Assembly (NCBI GenBank): GCA_001189195.1
Contig: LFCQ01000003.1
Coordinates: 71,059-135,058 of the forward strand
Reading direction: 5' to 3'
Length of the DNA: 64,000 nucleotides
DNA from: Parcubacteria bacterium C7867-007
GTDB lineage: Bacteria > Patescibacteriota > Minisyncoccia > Phycocordibacterales > Phycocordibacteraceae
Position 1 is the stretch's first letter. Each line of letters begins with the position of its first letter. Below are positions 47,692 through 56,156 of the stretch, in pieces. The notes under the pieces are model-generated. The model worked only from the letters and a program-made list of their open reading frames with translations. It did not search any database and was not told where the DNA came from. The position numbers and the translations under genes are program-made.

Positions 47692-47716
47692 AATCTTGCG
47701 TGCTAGCATACACAAC

Positions 47717-48112
47717 ATGGAACGAAGGCTTTCACTATCACTGAAACTGCTCGCTCTCTTCTTTTTCTGGTATACAGTTGTTTTTATTCTGTCAGTTCTG
47801 CCGTTGCTTGGTATTGGTCTCCCTTCGCTAATACAGCCGTCGTTCAGGGGTGTTGCATACGTATGGGATTTCGAACTATTCTTTACTGTCATCTATTTTG
47901 TTTGGGGAATCTATCTATGGAAAGCGTCCCGCACTCCTCAACAGCACAAGCTTTTTATTGATTTTACCCTTTGGGCAACTTTCGCGCATATTCTCGCTAT
48001 GTTTGCGGTTGGATTCATAAGGACGGAAGATTTTGGTCACCTAGTCATCGATGGAGTAGCCCTAGCAATACCTTTAGCACTTGTGACTATTTTTAGGTAT
48101 AGGCACGGATAA
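47717..48112 (+). CDS. Four-TM hypothetical membrane protein (array 2 cassette 0)
   Basis: Hydrophobic ORF ending 1 nt before repeat R3. Confidence 0.75.
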   Translation: MERRLSLSLKLLALFFFWYTVVFILSVLPLLGIGLPSLIQPSFRGVAYVWDFELFFTVIYFVWGIYLWKASRTPQQHKLFIDFTLWATFAHILAMFAVGFIRTEDFGHLVIDGVALAIPLALVTIFRYRHG

Positions 48113-48206
48113 AGGTTCCAACATCGTCGCAGACTGCCAGCGACAAAAGCAAAAGTCGCCCGATGGAATTCGGGCGACCACAAACAGGAAGTCCAGATCA
48201 GCTGGT

Positions 48207-48509
48207 TTACACAGCAATCTGTTGCGGAATGATCTGCACCCCGTTCCGCTGAGCAGGAATGTGGGCAAGGTCGGCAGGATCTTCGTACTGAACGACGATG
48301 ACCCATCCATGGTCATCGAGACGAAGTCCACCCCATTTTGTGAGTTGAAGAGGAAGAATCTCGAACAGGCGTGCCTGCACAACCTCCGCTACCTCATACG
48401 GGATGGGTTCAGGAAGAGAGATGGGTTCTCGCCTCCTGATGGCGACATGCACGGGAATTGAGAGCAAGGCGGCGAGCAATAGGATGTGCCAAGGTTCCAA
48501 TTGACCCAT
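48207..48509 (-). CDS. Small single-TM hypothetical protein (array 2 cassette 1)
   Basis: SD GGAGG, TATAGT -10, terminator GTCGCCCGA..TCGGGCGAC-TTTTGCTTTT (48145-48178). Confidence 0.7.
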   Translation of the reverse strand: MGQLEPWHILLLAALLSIPVHVAIRRREPISLPEPIPYEVAEVVQARLFEILPLQLTKWGGLRLDDHGWVIVVQYEDPADLAHIPAQRNGVQIIPQQIAV

Positions 48510-48600
48510 AGGGGCCTCCAATGATTGTTTCTAGGTGCACTATATACGCAGTATGAACAAAGTCCCAACATCGTCCCAGACTGCCAGCAAATAAATTCAT

Positions 48601-48811
48601 AAAAGAAAAACGCATCCGAAGATGCGTCTGAAAACGGAGAAGAGCAGGAAGATGTGCTCTCCTGATGGAACCTTAAACAGACAACCGCGCCTACGGGCCT
48701 CCACTTAGGTGGGGAGGAACCAAGGCCATCTTTGTGACCTCAGGTCTGATCTCAGGTGCAACGGGCCATGAACCCCGTTGGGCAAGTTGGCATCTTCTCT
48801 TCCGCCTATCC
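48601..48811 (-). ncRNA. Candidate structured RNA (array 2 cassette 2)
   Basis: Promoter TTGACC-16-TAAGGT (48818-48845); closing helices GAAGAG/CTCTTC and AAGATG/CATCTT; cUUCGg terminator with U-tract. Confidence 0.6.
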
Positions 48812-48883
48812 GTTAGCACCTTACCAAATCAGGTGTGCCGGTCAATCTGGTTCCAACATCGTCCCAGACGGCCAGCTATAAAT

Positions 48884-49016
48884 AAAGAAAACCCCTTCCA
48901 TGACATTGGTCGGGGTTTTGCACTGGATTTTGGTACACCAGTGTTCTCTCTTCGTGTCTTGTCAGGACAGTGCCAATGGGGGCATTGGAACGAGAGGCCA
49001 CATTAACTACAGTGGT
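48884..49016 (-). ncRNA. Candidate structured RNA (array 2 cassette 3)
   Basis: Promoter TTGACA-17-TATGAT (49023-49051); hairpins CCAATG/CATTGG, TGTC/GACA, CACTGG/CCAGTG; terminator AAAACCCC..GGGGTTTT-CTTT. Confidence 0.65.
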
Positions 49017-49087
49017 AAATCCATCATAACAGCACAGATACTGTTTGTCAATAGTCCGGTTCCAACATTGTCCCAGACTGTCAGGAA

Positions 49088-49277
49088 TAGAAAAACGCCA
49101 ACACAGAGTGAAGGCGCTTTAGTGGCTTGTAAGCCAAATATGCATGGAGTGTTAACTCTCCACGGGGCTAGCCAGTATGGGTCCCATATCCATACCGCGT
49201 CTGGATTCCGTGGAGATCCGATCCGACCTGAGCTTCTTACATCCCCAACCATCACTACACTAGCAACGGTAGCTCCA
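49088..49277 (-). ncRNA. Candidate structured RNA (array 2 cassette 4)
   Basis: TTGACA-15-TAAATT (49283-49309); stems ACCGTTGCTA/TAGTGATGGT (G-U pairs only on the minus strand), TCTCCACGG/CCGTGGAGA, TGGCTT/AAGCCA; terminator GCGCC..GGCGT-TTTTCT. Confidence 0.6.
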
Positions 49278-49369
49278 AGAGCAATTTAACCAAATAGTGT
49301 ATTTGTCAATAGTAGTATCAGTTACAGCATATTTCCAGACCTCTAATTAAAAGGTGGTATTGTTTTACT

Positions 49370-49807
49370 ATGAACGTAAAGGAATTCTCTAAAGCATACT
49401 TCTGGCCAACAAAACTACGGGTACTCGTATTCATAGTGCTGAGTATCTACGTAACTCTTAGTACATTGTTCCTTGCGCCGTTTATGAGCAAGGAGCTCGC
49501 ACCCCAGGAACTCACGGGGCTAGAGCAAGCAGGAATTGTTGCAACATACCCTGCAAAGGTGTTTGCTCAGTCATTCATATATATTTCTTCACACTTCCTT
49601 GCTGAGAAAGTAACTCTAAGAGAATTGATGGAGCAACCGAGCAATACCGGACTACCCGTTACTCCCAACGCATCAATAGAGAGCGCCACTATCACCCAAG
49701 CAAGCCCAATCGGATTTGCAACCGGTGCAATACTTGAATCTCTCACACTCTATCTTCTTGCGTGTTTAATCTCATTTGCACAAAAGCCAAGGAAAAAGAC
49801 TGTGTAG
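49370..49807 (+). CDS. Hypothetical membrane protein
   Basis: 145-aa ORF with 2-3 TM segments, leaderless-type start. Confidence 0.7.
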   Translation: MNVKEFSKAYFWPTKLRVLVFIVLSIYVTLSTLFLAPFMSKELAPQELTGLEQAGIVATYPAKVFAQSFIYISSHFLAEKVTLRELMEQPSNTGLPVTPNASIESATITQASPIGFATGAILESLTLYLLACLISFAQKPRKKTV

Positions 49808-49836
49808 AAATCGGTTGTTTAGGGTATGGTATCGCT

Positions 49837-50877
49837 ATGGATTCCATAGCAGGCAAGAACATATTTGTAGGACTATCTGGAGGCGTGGACTCTGCGGTTT
49901 CTGCTGCGCTCCTACAAAAACAAGGTGCTGAGGTAACAGGGGTTTTCATTAAGGGATGGTATCCCCCTGGTATGCCGTGTACCTGGGCACAAGATCGTCG
50001 CGATGCCATGCGGGTCGCAGCACACCTCGGTATTCCATTTCATACTCTTGATGCATCAAAAGAATACAAGCAGGGAGTTATCGACTATCTGATCTCTGAA
50101 TACGCTGCAGGAAGAACACCTAACCCAGATATCATGTGCAATCGTGAGGTTAAGTTCGGAGCCTTCTATCGCTTTGCAAAAGAGCACGGTGCAGACTTCA
50201 TAGCTACAGGCCACTACGCACAGGCGAGGGAGGGTAGTCTAATGCGTGGTGTAGACAGCTCAAAGGACCAAAGCTATTTCTTGTGGGCAGTACCTAAAGA
50301 AGCAATGACACAAACTCTTTTCCCCGTTGGCGGAATACCTAAAAGAGAAGTGCGTATTCTCGCACAAAAGTTTGATCTTCCTGTTGCAGAAAAGAAGGAT
50401 AGTCAGGGAATATGTTTCCTTGGTTCCATTTCTGTTGATGAGTTTCTTAGAAAGGAACTGGAAACAACCGGAGGTGACGTGCTCGATGAGGAAGGAAAGA
50501 AGATTGGTACCCATGATGGTGCCGTGCTGCACACCCTTGGAGAACGTATTGTTCCTCATGGAGCAGAAAGTGGTCCTTGGTATGTAATACGGAAAGATCT
50601 CAACACGAACACACTAACAGTGCGCCATGGAAACGCTGCGCTGGAGGTGCCACCCAATACATTGAAGCTCCGTGAGACTAACTGGTTTAATACAGAAGCT
50701 CTCATGGGAACGATTCAGGCGCAGTATCGCTATCACGGTACAGTGATTACTGGGAGTTTCGATCTAGAAACCAATACCTTCACTCCTGAAGGATCCTTTA
50801 AAGAACCTGTTGCGTCCGGACAATCACTTGTCTTGTATCTTGGGGATACCTGTTTGGGGGGTGGTATCATCGAGTAA
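49837..50877 (+). CDS. mnmA: tRNA 2-thiouridylase MnmA
   Basis: GLSGGVDS, TPNPDIMCN, ATGHYA, KDQSYFL, SQGICF. Confidence 0.97.
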   Translation: MDSIAGKNIFVGLSGGVDSAVSAALLQKQGAEVTGVFIKGWYPPGMPCTWAQDRRDAMRVAAHLGIPFHTLDASKEYKQGVIDYLISEYAAGRTPNPDIMCNREVKFGAFYRFAKEHGADFIATGHYAQAREGSLMRGVDSSKDQSYFLWAVPKEAMTQTLFPVGGIPKREVRILAQKFDLPVAEKKDSQGICFLGSISVDEFLRKELETTGGDVLDEEGKKIGTHDGAVLHTLGERIVPHGAESGPWYVIRKDLNTNTLTVRHGNAALEVPPNTLKLRETNWFNTEALMGTIQAQYRYHGTVITGSFDLETNTFTPEGSFKEPVASGQSLVLYLGDTCLGGGIIE

Positions 50878-51708
50878 ATGCCAGACATCGTTAAAGCAGA
50901 CGGGACCATTGAAACATTCGTTCCTGAAAAACTAGAGGAGTCCCTGCGTCGTGCCGGTGCTGGTGCAGGTGCTGCAGAGAAGATCCGTCGCACCATTGAA
51001 GCAAGTATTGCTCCTGGTTCAGAGAGTAGCGATATATATAAGCGTGCGTTCCAGATGCTCCGTCGCGAAGGACGGGCTGCAGCAGCCCGCTATAGCTTGC
51101 GTCGTGCACTGTTTGAGTTTGGTCCTTCTGGCCATCCTTTCGAGGACTTTGTTTCAGAACTCTTTAAGAAAGAGGGGTGGAAGATTGAGACCCGTCGTTT
51201 GATTCCTGGAAAGTGCGTCACTCATGAGGTGGATGTATATGCGACACGGGGTAACGAGACGTTAGCGGCGGAGCTTAAGTATCATAATGACCCAGGGTAC
51301 AAAACAGATGTGAAGGTGGCTTTGTATGTGAAAGCACGCTTCGATGATATCTGGCAGTGTGATCCTGCGGTGGATAAATCGTGTCCTATTGATCGTGGAT
51401 ACCTCGTCACCAACACAAAGTTCACGTCACAGGCAGTGGATTACGCAACGTGTTCTGGATTAAATCTGCTTGGGTGGAGTTATCCGCATCATGGAAATCT
51501 CTATGACCGCATCATTGCGAGCGGTCTCTATCCGATCACTGCTCTCACCACACTCCGCAAGGCAGAGAAGCGCCTTCTTATCGATAGGAATATCTCCACC
51601 ACTGATCTGCTCAGACAGCATCGTGAACTGTTGCGTGAAATTGGAGTGACCCCAGAACGTGTGGGTTCTATCATCGCCGAAATAGAGACTTTGAACGATA
51701 CCCATTAG
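50878..51708 (+). CDS. ATP-cone domain + Mrr-like restriction endonuclease domain protein
   Basis: IVKADG..E.F...KL ATP-cone; FEDFV..LF, HEVDV, AELK, LVTNTKFT. Confidence 0.85.
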   Translation: MPDIVKADGTIETFVPEKLEESLRRAGAGAGAAEKIRRTIEASIAPGSESSDIYKRAFQMLRREGRAAAARYSLRRALFEFGPSGHPFEDFVSELFKKEGWKIETRRLIPGKCVTHEVDVYATRGNETLAAELKYHNDPGYKTDVKVALYVKARFDDIWQCDPAVDKSCPIDRGYLVTNTKFTSQAVDYATCSGLNLLGWSYPHHGNLYDRIIASGLYPITALTTLRKAEKRLLIDRNISTTDLLRQHRELLREIGVTPERVGSIIAEIETLNDTH

Positions 51709-51728
51709 AGCAGTTATACTAGAGGTAT

Positions 51729-52523
51729 ATGGCAGAGTTCCGCAAGCAATACAATCCAAACCGTAGTTCAGACTGGAACTATGGTGGTTCTAAGTGGCGT
51801 CTCTCACGCTCAAAGATTGAGCTCTTCACAGAATGTCCTCGCTGCTTCTATTTAGATAACAAACTTGGTACCGCACGTCCTCGTGGTCCTGCCTTCACTC
51901 TTAACATTGCAGTTGATGCGCTTCTTAAGAAGGAGTTTGATGTACACCGTATAGACGGAACGAAGCATCCCCTCATGGAGACATACGACATCAATGCCGT
52001 ACCGTTCAAACATAAGAACATGAACACGTGGCGTGAGAACTTTGAAGGTGTGGAGTTCAAACACAAAGAAACAGGCTTCACTATTTCAGGTGCAGTGGAT
52101 GATATCTGGGTTAATCCCGCAGGTGAATTGATCGTGGTGGATTATAAAGCAACGTCTAAAGAAGGAACGATCACCACACTCGCAGACTCATCGTGGAACG
52201 AACAGTATCAACGACAAATGGGAGTGTATCAGTGGCTCCTTCGTAACAACGGCTTTACGGTTTCTCCTATGGGCTATTTTGTGTATGCAAATGCGCACAG
52301 CGATAAGTCCGCCTTTGATGGACAATTGGAGTTTGAAGTAACGGTGGTTCCCTGTGAAGGGAATACTGATTGGATTGATGACGTACTTCCCAAGATAAAG
52401 GAAACTCTAGAAAGTGGAGCCCTACCGCCAGTGGGGGAAGGGTGTGAGTACTGCGTATATCGGGAAGCTTCAGGAAAGAAGTTGCAGGAGATACACAAAA
52501 AGAGTTTGCAGGTGCAGAAGTAG
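51729..52523 (+). CDS. PD-(D/E)XK nuclease, Cas4/RecB-like
   Basis: CPRCFY, GAVDD, VVDYK, Q...Y motif, C-terminal CEYC. Confidence 0.88.
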   Translation: MAEFRKQYNPNRSSDWNYGGSKWRLSRSKIELFTECPRCFYLDNKLGTARPRGPAFTLNIAVDALLKKEFDVHRIDGTKHPLMETYDINAVPFKHKNMNTWRENFEGVEFKHKETGFTISGAVDDIWVNPAGELIVVDYKATSKEGTITTLADSSWNEQYQRQMGVYQWLLRNNGFTVSPMGYFVYANAHSDKSAFDGQLEFEVTVVPCEGNTDWIDDVLPKIKETLESGALPPVGEGCEYCVYREASGKKLQEIHKKSLQVQK

Positions 52524-52569
52524 GGTAAACGAAACCCCGCGCAAGCGCGGGGCCAATACGTAGAGACTC

Positions 52570-52791
52570 CTACTTCGTTTCTCTTAGAAGCGGGAGTCCT
52601 GCTTCACGAACGTACACCTTCCCTTGAATCACCATGTGGCTATAGGGAGGTACAAATGCGAGTAGTGCACGAGCGTCCTCGATCGTGTGCACCATTGAGA
52701 CAATTGATACTGCTGGATCCTGCGCTTGAGTCTGCAGATACTGTGCTGCAAGATTTCTGTCAGGTTCGAAGATAAGAACGTTTTTGTCCAT
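52570..52791 (-). CDS. Small hypothetical protein (SD-led stand-alone gene)
   Basis: GAGGT upstream of ATG; hairpin CCCGCGC..GCGCGGG (~52536-52551) downstream. Confidence 0.55.
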   Translation of the reverse strand: MDKNVLIFEPDRNLAAQYLQTQAQDPAVSIVSMVHTIEDARALLAFVPPYSHMVIQGKVYVREAGLPLLRETK

Positions 52792-52871
52792 CTAACACCT
52801 CGTGTGTGGCTGCGAATGTTTTAACACATCTATACATCTTTGTCTAAATTGGGATACGCTATACTCGACCT

Positions 52872-53540
52872 ATGGAAGTGAAGATTGAAGAGTCTTGGAA
52901 GAGTCATCTGAAGGATGAGTTTGATAAACCTTATTTCAAAGCGCTCACCACTTTTGTAAAAGAAGAGTATACAAAGACAACGGTATATCCTGCACCAAAG
53001 AGTATATTCCGTGCATTTGAGCTAACACCGTTTGAACAAGTGAAGGTGGTGATTCTTGGACAAGATCCATACCATGGCCCCAAACAAGCTATCGGACTCT
53101 CTTTTGCAGTGAGTGAAGGAGTGCGTAATCCACCATCTCTCCAAAACATCTTCAAAGAGTTAGAGAGCGACTTGGGTGTGCCACTTGTACACACTGATGG
53201 CGACTTAACCCGCTGGGCAGAACAAGGTGTTCTCCTACTAAACGCCACCCTCACTGTACGTGCTGCATCTGCTGGCTCACACCAAGGAAAAGGATGGGAG
53301 CAGTTCACTGATGCGGTAATACAGAAACTCTCAGATGGACGTGAGCACTTAGTATTTATTCTTTGGGGCAACTACGCGCGAGCTAAGGGTGCACACATTG
53401 ATCGTTCTAAGCATCTTGTTATTGAATCTGCACACCCCTCTCCATTCTCTGCGCACAATGGGTTCTTTGGATCAAAACCATTTAGCAAAGCAAACGAATA
53501 CCTGAAGATACAGGGAGAAAAACCTATTAATTGGCTATAG
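52872..53540 (+). CDS. ung: Uracil-DNA glycosylase family 1
   Basis: GQDPYH, GVLLLN, HPSP. Confidence 0.97.
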   Translation: MEVKIEESWKSHLKDEFDKPYFKALTTFVKEEYTKTTVYPAPKSIFRAFELTPFEQVKVVILGQDPYHGPKQAIGLSFAVSEGVRNPPSLQNIFKELESDLGVPLVHTDGDLTRWAEQGVLLLNATLTVRAASAGSHQGKGWEQFTDAVIQKLSDGREHLVFILWGNYARAKGAHIDRSKHLVIESAHPSPFSAHNGFFGSKPFSKANEYLKIQGEKPINWL

Positions 53541-53567
53541 AAAGGAGAACTGGTATCTTGAAAGTAT

Positions 53568-54857
53568 ATGGCAGCTTCGATACCAGCTATCGAGTTCGTT
53601 CGCGAACTTGATGGGATACAGGAATATACCCTAAAGAATAATGGTCTACGCATTCTCCTTGTGCCAGATGATTCAGTACCTGTTGCGGGCGTAATGGTTA
53701 CCTATCATGTTGGCTCCCGTAACGAGGCAACCGGATACACCGGCGCAACCCATCTCCTTGAGCATCTTATGTTTAAAGGGTCAGAACGTTTCAATCATGA
53801 GAATGGAAACGGGATTGAAGACTCAATCGAATCATTGGGTGGAGTACTTAACGCCACAACATGGTTTGATCGAACAAATTATTACAGCATCGTGCCATCA
53901 AATAACGTACATCTTCCTATCGAAATAGAGGCAGATCGTATGCGCACTGCTCGTATAACAGAAAAAGATCGTGCCAGTGAAATGCCAATCGTGAGAAATG
54001 AGTATGAGCGCGGTGAGAACCTTCCTATGGAAGCACTGGATAAAGCAATATGGTCTGCTGCTTTTATTGCTCATCCCTACCACCATTCAACCATTGGGTG
54101 GAAAAGCGACATTGAGGGCGTATCTATTGAGCGATTAAACGAGTTCTATAATGATTTCTATTGGCCCAACAATGCAACACTTACCGTTGCGGGGCGTTTT
54201 GAGACCAAAGGAGTTTTAACACTTATAAAGAAGGAATTTGGCAAACACTCAAAATCTCCTAAAGCGTTCCCAGCCCTATACACTGAGGAACCGCCACAGG
54301 AAGGTCAGCGTAGGGCAATAGTAAAACGTGCAGGTACAAATACTGTTGGTGTCGCGTATAAGATACCGAACGCCCTGCACGCTGATATTCCAGCACTTCT
54401 TATTCTTTCGAACATACTTGATGGAGACAACACGAGCCGTCTGTACCGTGCATTTATCGATACAGCAAAGGCAACTAGCATAAGTACATACTGTATGGAG
54501 CTTCGTGATCCCGCTCTGTTTGTGTCCTATATATCACTATCTCCCAAAACCACCCATGGTGAAGCAGAAAAGGTGTTCATTCAGGAACTAAGCAAGATTC
54601 AAGAGAAGGGAGTTACGTCTGCAGAACTTGTGCGTGCAAAGCGTGCAGTACGTAGATTTGTTGCTGCTCGTCGTGACGGTGCATACAATTTACTTTCAAG
54701 TTTGAATGAGGATCTCGCAACGGGCGATTGGACACGATTTGTTACCCAGCCTGAGAAAATGCAGAAGGTGACTGCAGCAGACATAAAACGAGTTGCGTGC
54801 AGCTATTTCAAAGAAGATCAGTCGACTATTGGTTATTTCATTAATACTGCTTCATAG
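53568..54857 (+). CDS. M16 (pitrilysin-family) metallopeptidase, catalytic subunit
   Basis: HLLEH inverted zinc motif, NATT.FDRTNY. Confidence 0.95.
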   Translation: MAASIPAIEFVRELDGIQEYTLKNNGLRILLVPDDSVPVAGVMVTYHVGSRNEATGYTGATHLLEHLMFKGSERFNHENGNGIEDSIESLGGVLNATTWFDRTNYYSIVPSNNVHLPIEIEADRMRTARITEKDRASEMPIVRNEYERGENLPMEALDKAIWSAAFIAHPYHHSTIGWKSDIEGVSIERLNEFYNDFYWPNNATLTVAGRFETKGVLTLIKKEFGKHSKSPKAFPALYTEEPPQEGQRRAIVKRAGTNTVGVAYKIPNALHADIPALLILSNILDGDNTSRLYRAFIDTAKATSISTYCMELRDPALFVSYISLSPKTTHGEAEKVFIQELSKIQEKGVTSAELVRAKRAVRRFVAARRDGAYNLLSSLNEDLATGDWTRFVTQPEKMQKVTAADIKRVACSYFKEDQSTIGYFINTAS

Positions 54858-54859
54858 GT

Positions 54860-56131
54860 ATGGGATCAATCGCATCAAATGTTACCGAACTAGAGCTTGC
54901 AGATGGTGCACGCATCTTTATTTCACCCACTAAGGCAAAAGATGTGGTGACTGTTCGTGGAAGTGTATTGGGTGGATGGAACATGCTCCCGCATGGACGT
55001 GGGGATATACAAACTCTTGCCGTTGAGTTGATGGATGCCGGTACCAGCACAAAAAGCAAAGACCAGATCCGTGAAGCACTTAGTGATCGAGGTATTAATC
55101 TGTCATTTTCTGCTGGGGGTGATAGGACGTACTTCTCGGGTTCATGCTTGCCTGAAAATCTTGGCTTTCTTCTAGAAACAGTTGTTGAATGCCTGACTGG
55201 AGCAAATTTCCCCGCTAAAGAAATTGCTCTCGCAAAAGAGCGTGCTCTGGGTGAATGGGAAGAATCAAGAACAGATACAAAATTGCAGGCATCAATTGCG
55301 CTTCAGCGTGAGCTTTATAACCCAACACACTTCAACTACGCATACAGCATTGACGAGCGTATCACTCAGACCAAAAGCGTCACGCGCACGGAGTTGCTAA
55401 CGTTTAGAAAAACGCTTGGTCGCAAAGGACTCATACTCGCAATAGCAGGAGATGTGGCCTTGAAGAACACAGAACGAGTTGTACGGATGGCACTGGCCAA
55501 ACTTCCAGAGGGTACCGCAACAGTGCCTGTAAAGAAGTTAAATACAAAAAGTCCTTCAAATAAAGAAACACTTATACCAATAAAGGATAAGGCAAACATT
55601 GATGTTTTCATTGGTGCAGCAACACCTTTTACTATTGATCATCCTCTCTACCTTGCATTTGCACTATTGATGGAGATGCTCGGTGCACGCGGCCTTTCAG
55701 CAGGACACTTAATGCGCACTATTCGGGAACGTGATGGCTTAACCTATGGTATCTATGCGCAGCTTTTTGGATTCTCTGATGGTACAGATGGCGCAATGCG
55801 TATCTGGGCAACATTTTCTCCCGCAACATATAAGAAGGCAGTTGCTGCAACTCGCGCTGAGATAGCTGTTTTTCTTAAAACCCTAGTGACCCGTGATGCA
55901 CTACTTAAGATTCAGGACCGTATTTCTGGGTCATATATAGTGAGTCTTTCAACCACAGAGGGACTAGCAAATATGCTTCACATGATTGGAAGAGACGGAA
56001 AGGCACTTTCGTACATGGATACCTACCCAGACCTCGTTCGTTCGGTCACTATTGAAGACTTGGTTGAAGTGATGAAACTGGTACCATTCAATTCACTTTC
56101 ACTTGCAGCAAGTGGTTCATTCCAAAAATAA
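54860..56131 (+). CDS. M16 peptidase non-catalytic partner subunit
   Basis: M16 fold lacking HxxEH, with IRERDGLTY. Confidence 0.88.
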   Translation: MGSIASNVTELELADGARIFISPTKAKDVVTVRGSVLGGWNMLPHGRGDIQTLAVELMDAGTSTKSKDQIREALSDRGINLSFSAGGDRTYFSGSCLPENLGFLLETVVECLTGANFPAKEIALAKERALGEWEESRTDTKLQASIALQRELYNPTHFNYAYSIDERITQTKSVTRTELLTFRKTLGRKGLILAIAGDVALKNTERVVRMALAKLPEGTATVPVKKLNTKSPSNKETLIPIKDKANIDVFIGAATPFTIDHPLYLAFALLMEMLGARGLSAGHLMRTIRERDGLTYGIYAQLFGFSDGTDGAMRIWATFSPATYKKAVAATRAEIAVFLKTLVTRDALLKIQDRISGSYIVSLSTTEGLANMLHMIGRDGKALSYMDTYPDLVRSVTIEDLVEVMKLVPFNSLSLAASGSFQK

Positions 56132-56156
56132 CTAGCATTATGCTATCTTCAACTCT

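Larger units (their letters stand above)
48114..49347 (+). repeat. Array of five 28-bp direct repeats R3-R7 separating expression cassettes
   Basis: 48114 GGTTCCAACAT-CGTCGC-AGACTGCCAGC; 48561 AGTCCCAACAT-CGTCCC-AGACTGCCAGC; 48849 GGTTCCAACAT-CGTCCC-AGACGGCCAGC; 49058 GGTTCCAACAT-TGTCCC-AGACTGTCAGG; 49320 AGTTACAGCAT-ATTTCC-AGACCTCTAAT (degenerate). Confidence 0.9.

Noticed and set aside
48945-48975. Hammerhead ribozyme core in cassette RNA 2
   Set aside because: CUGACAA and CGAAG deviate from CUGAnGA and GAAA, and stem II is essentially absent
49007-49255. 82-aa minus-strand ORF and overlapping plus-strand ORFs 48734-49006 and 48900-49289
   Set aside because: They run through terminators and repeats, lack SD or leaderless signals and have no protein-like features
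48114-49347. CRISPR array (repeats are 28 bp and start with GTT; a Cas4-like gene lies at 51729)
   Set aside because: Inter-repeat segments are 181-419 bp, unequal, and contain promoters and terminators; no cas1/cas2 or effector genes; the PD-(D/E)XK gene is a solo nuclease separated by housekeeping genes
48114-49347. Classical integron cassette array
   Set aside because: Repeats lack the RYYYAAC...GTTRRRY palindromic attC structure, are too short, and no IntI gene is present; only the organisational analogy is kept
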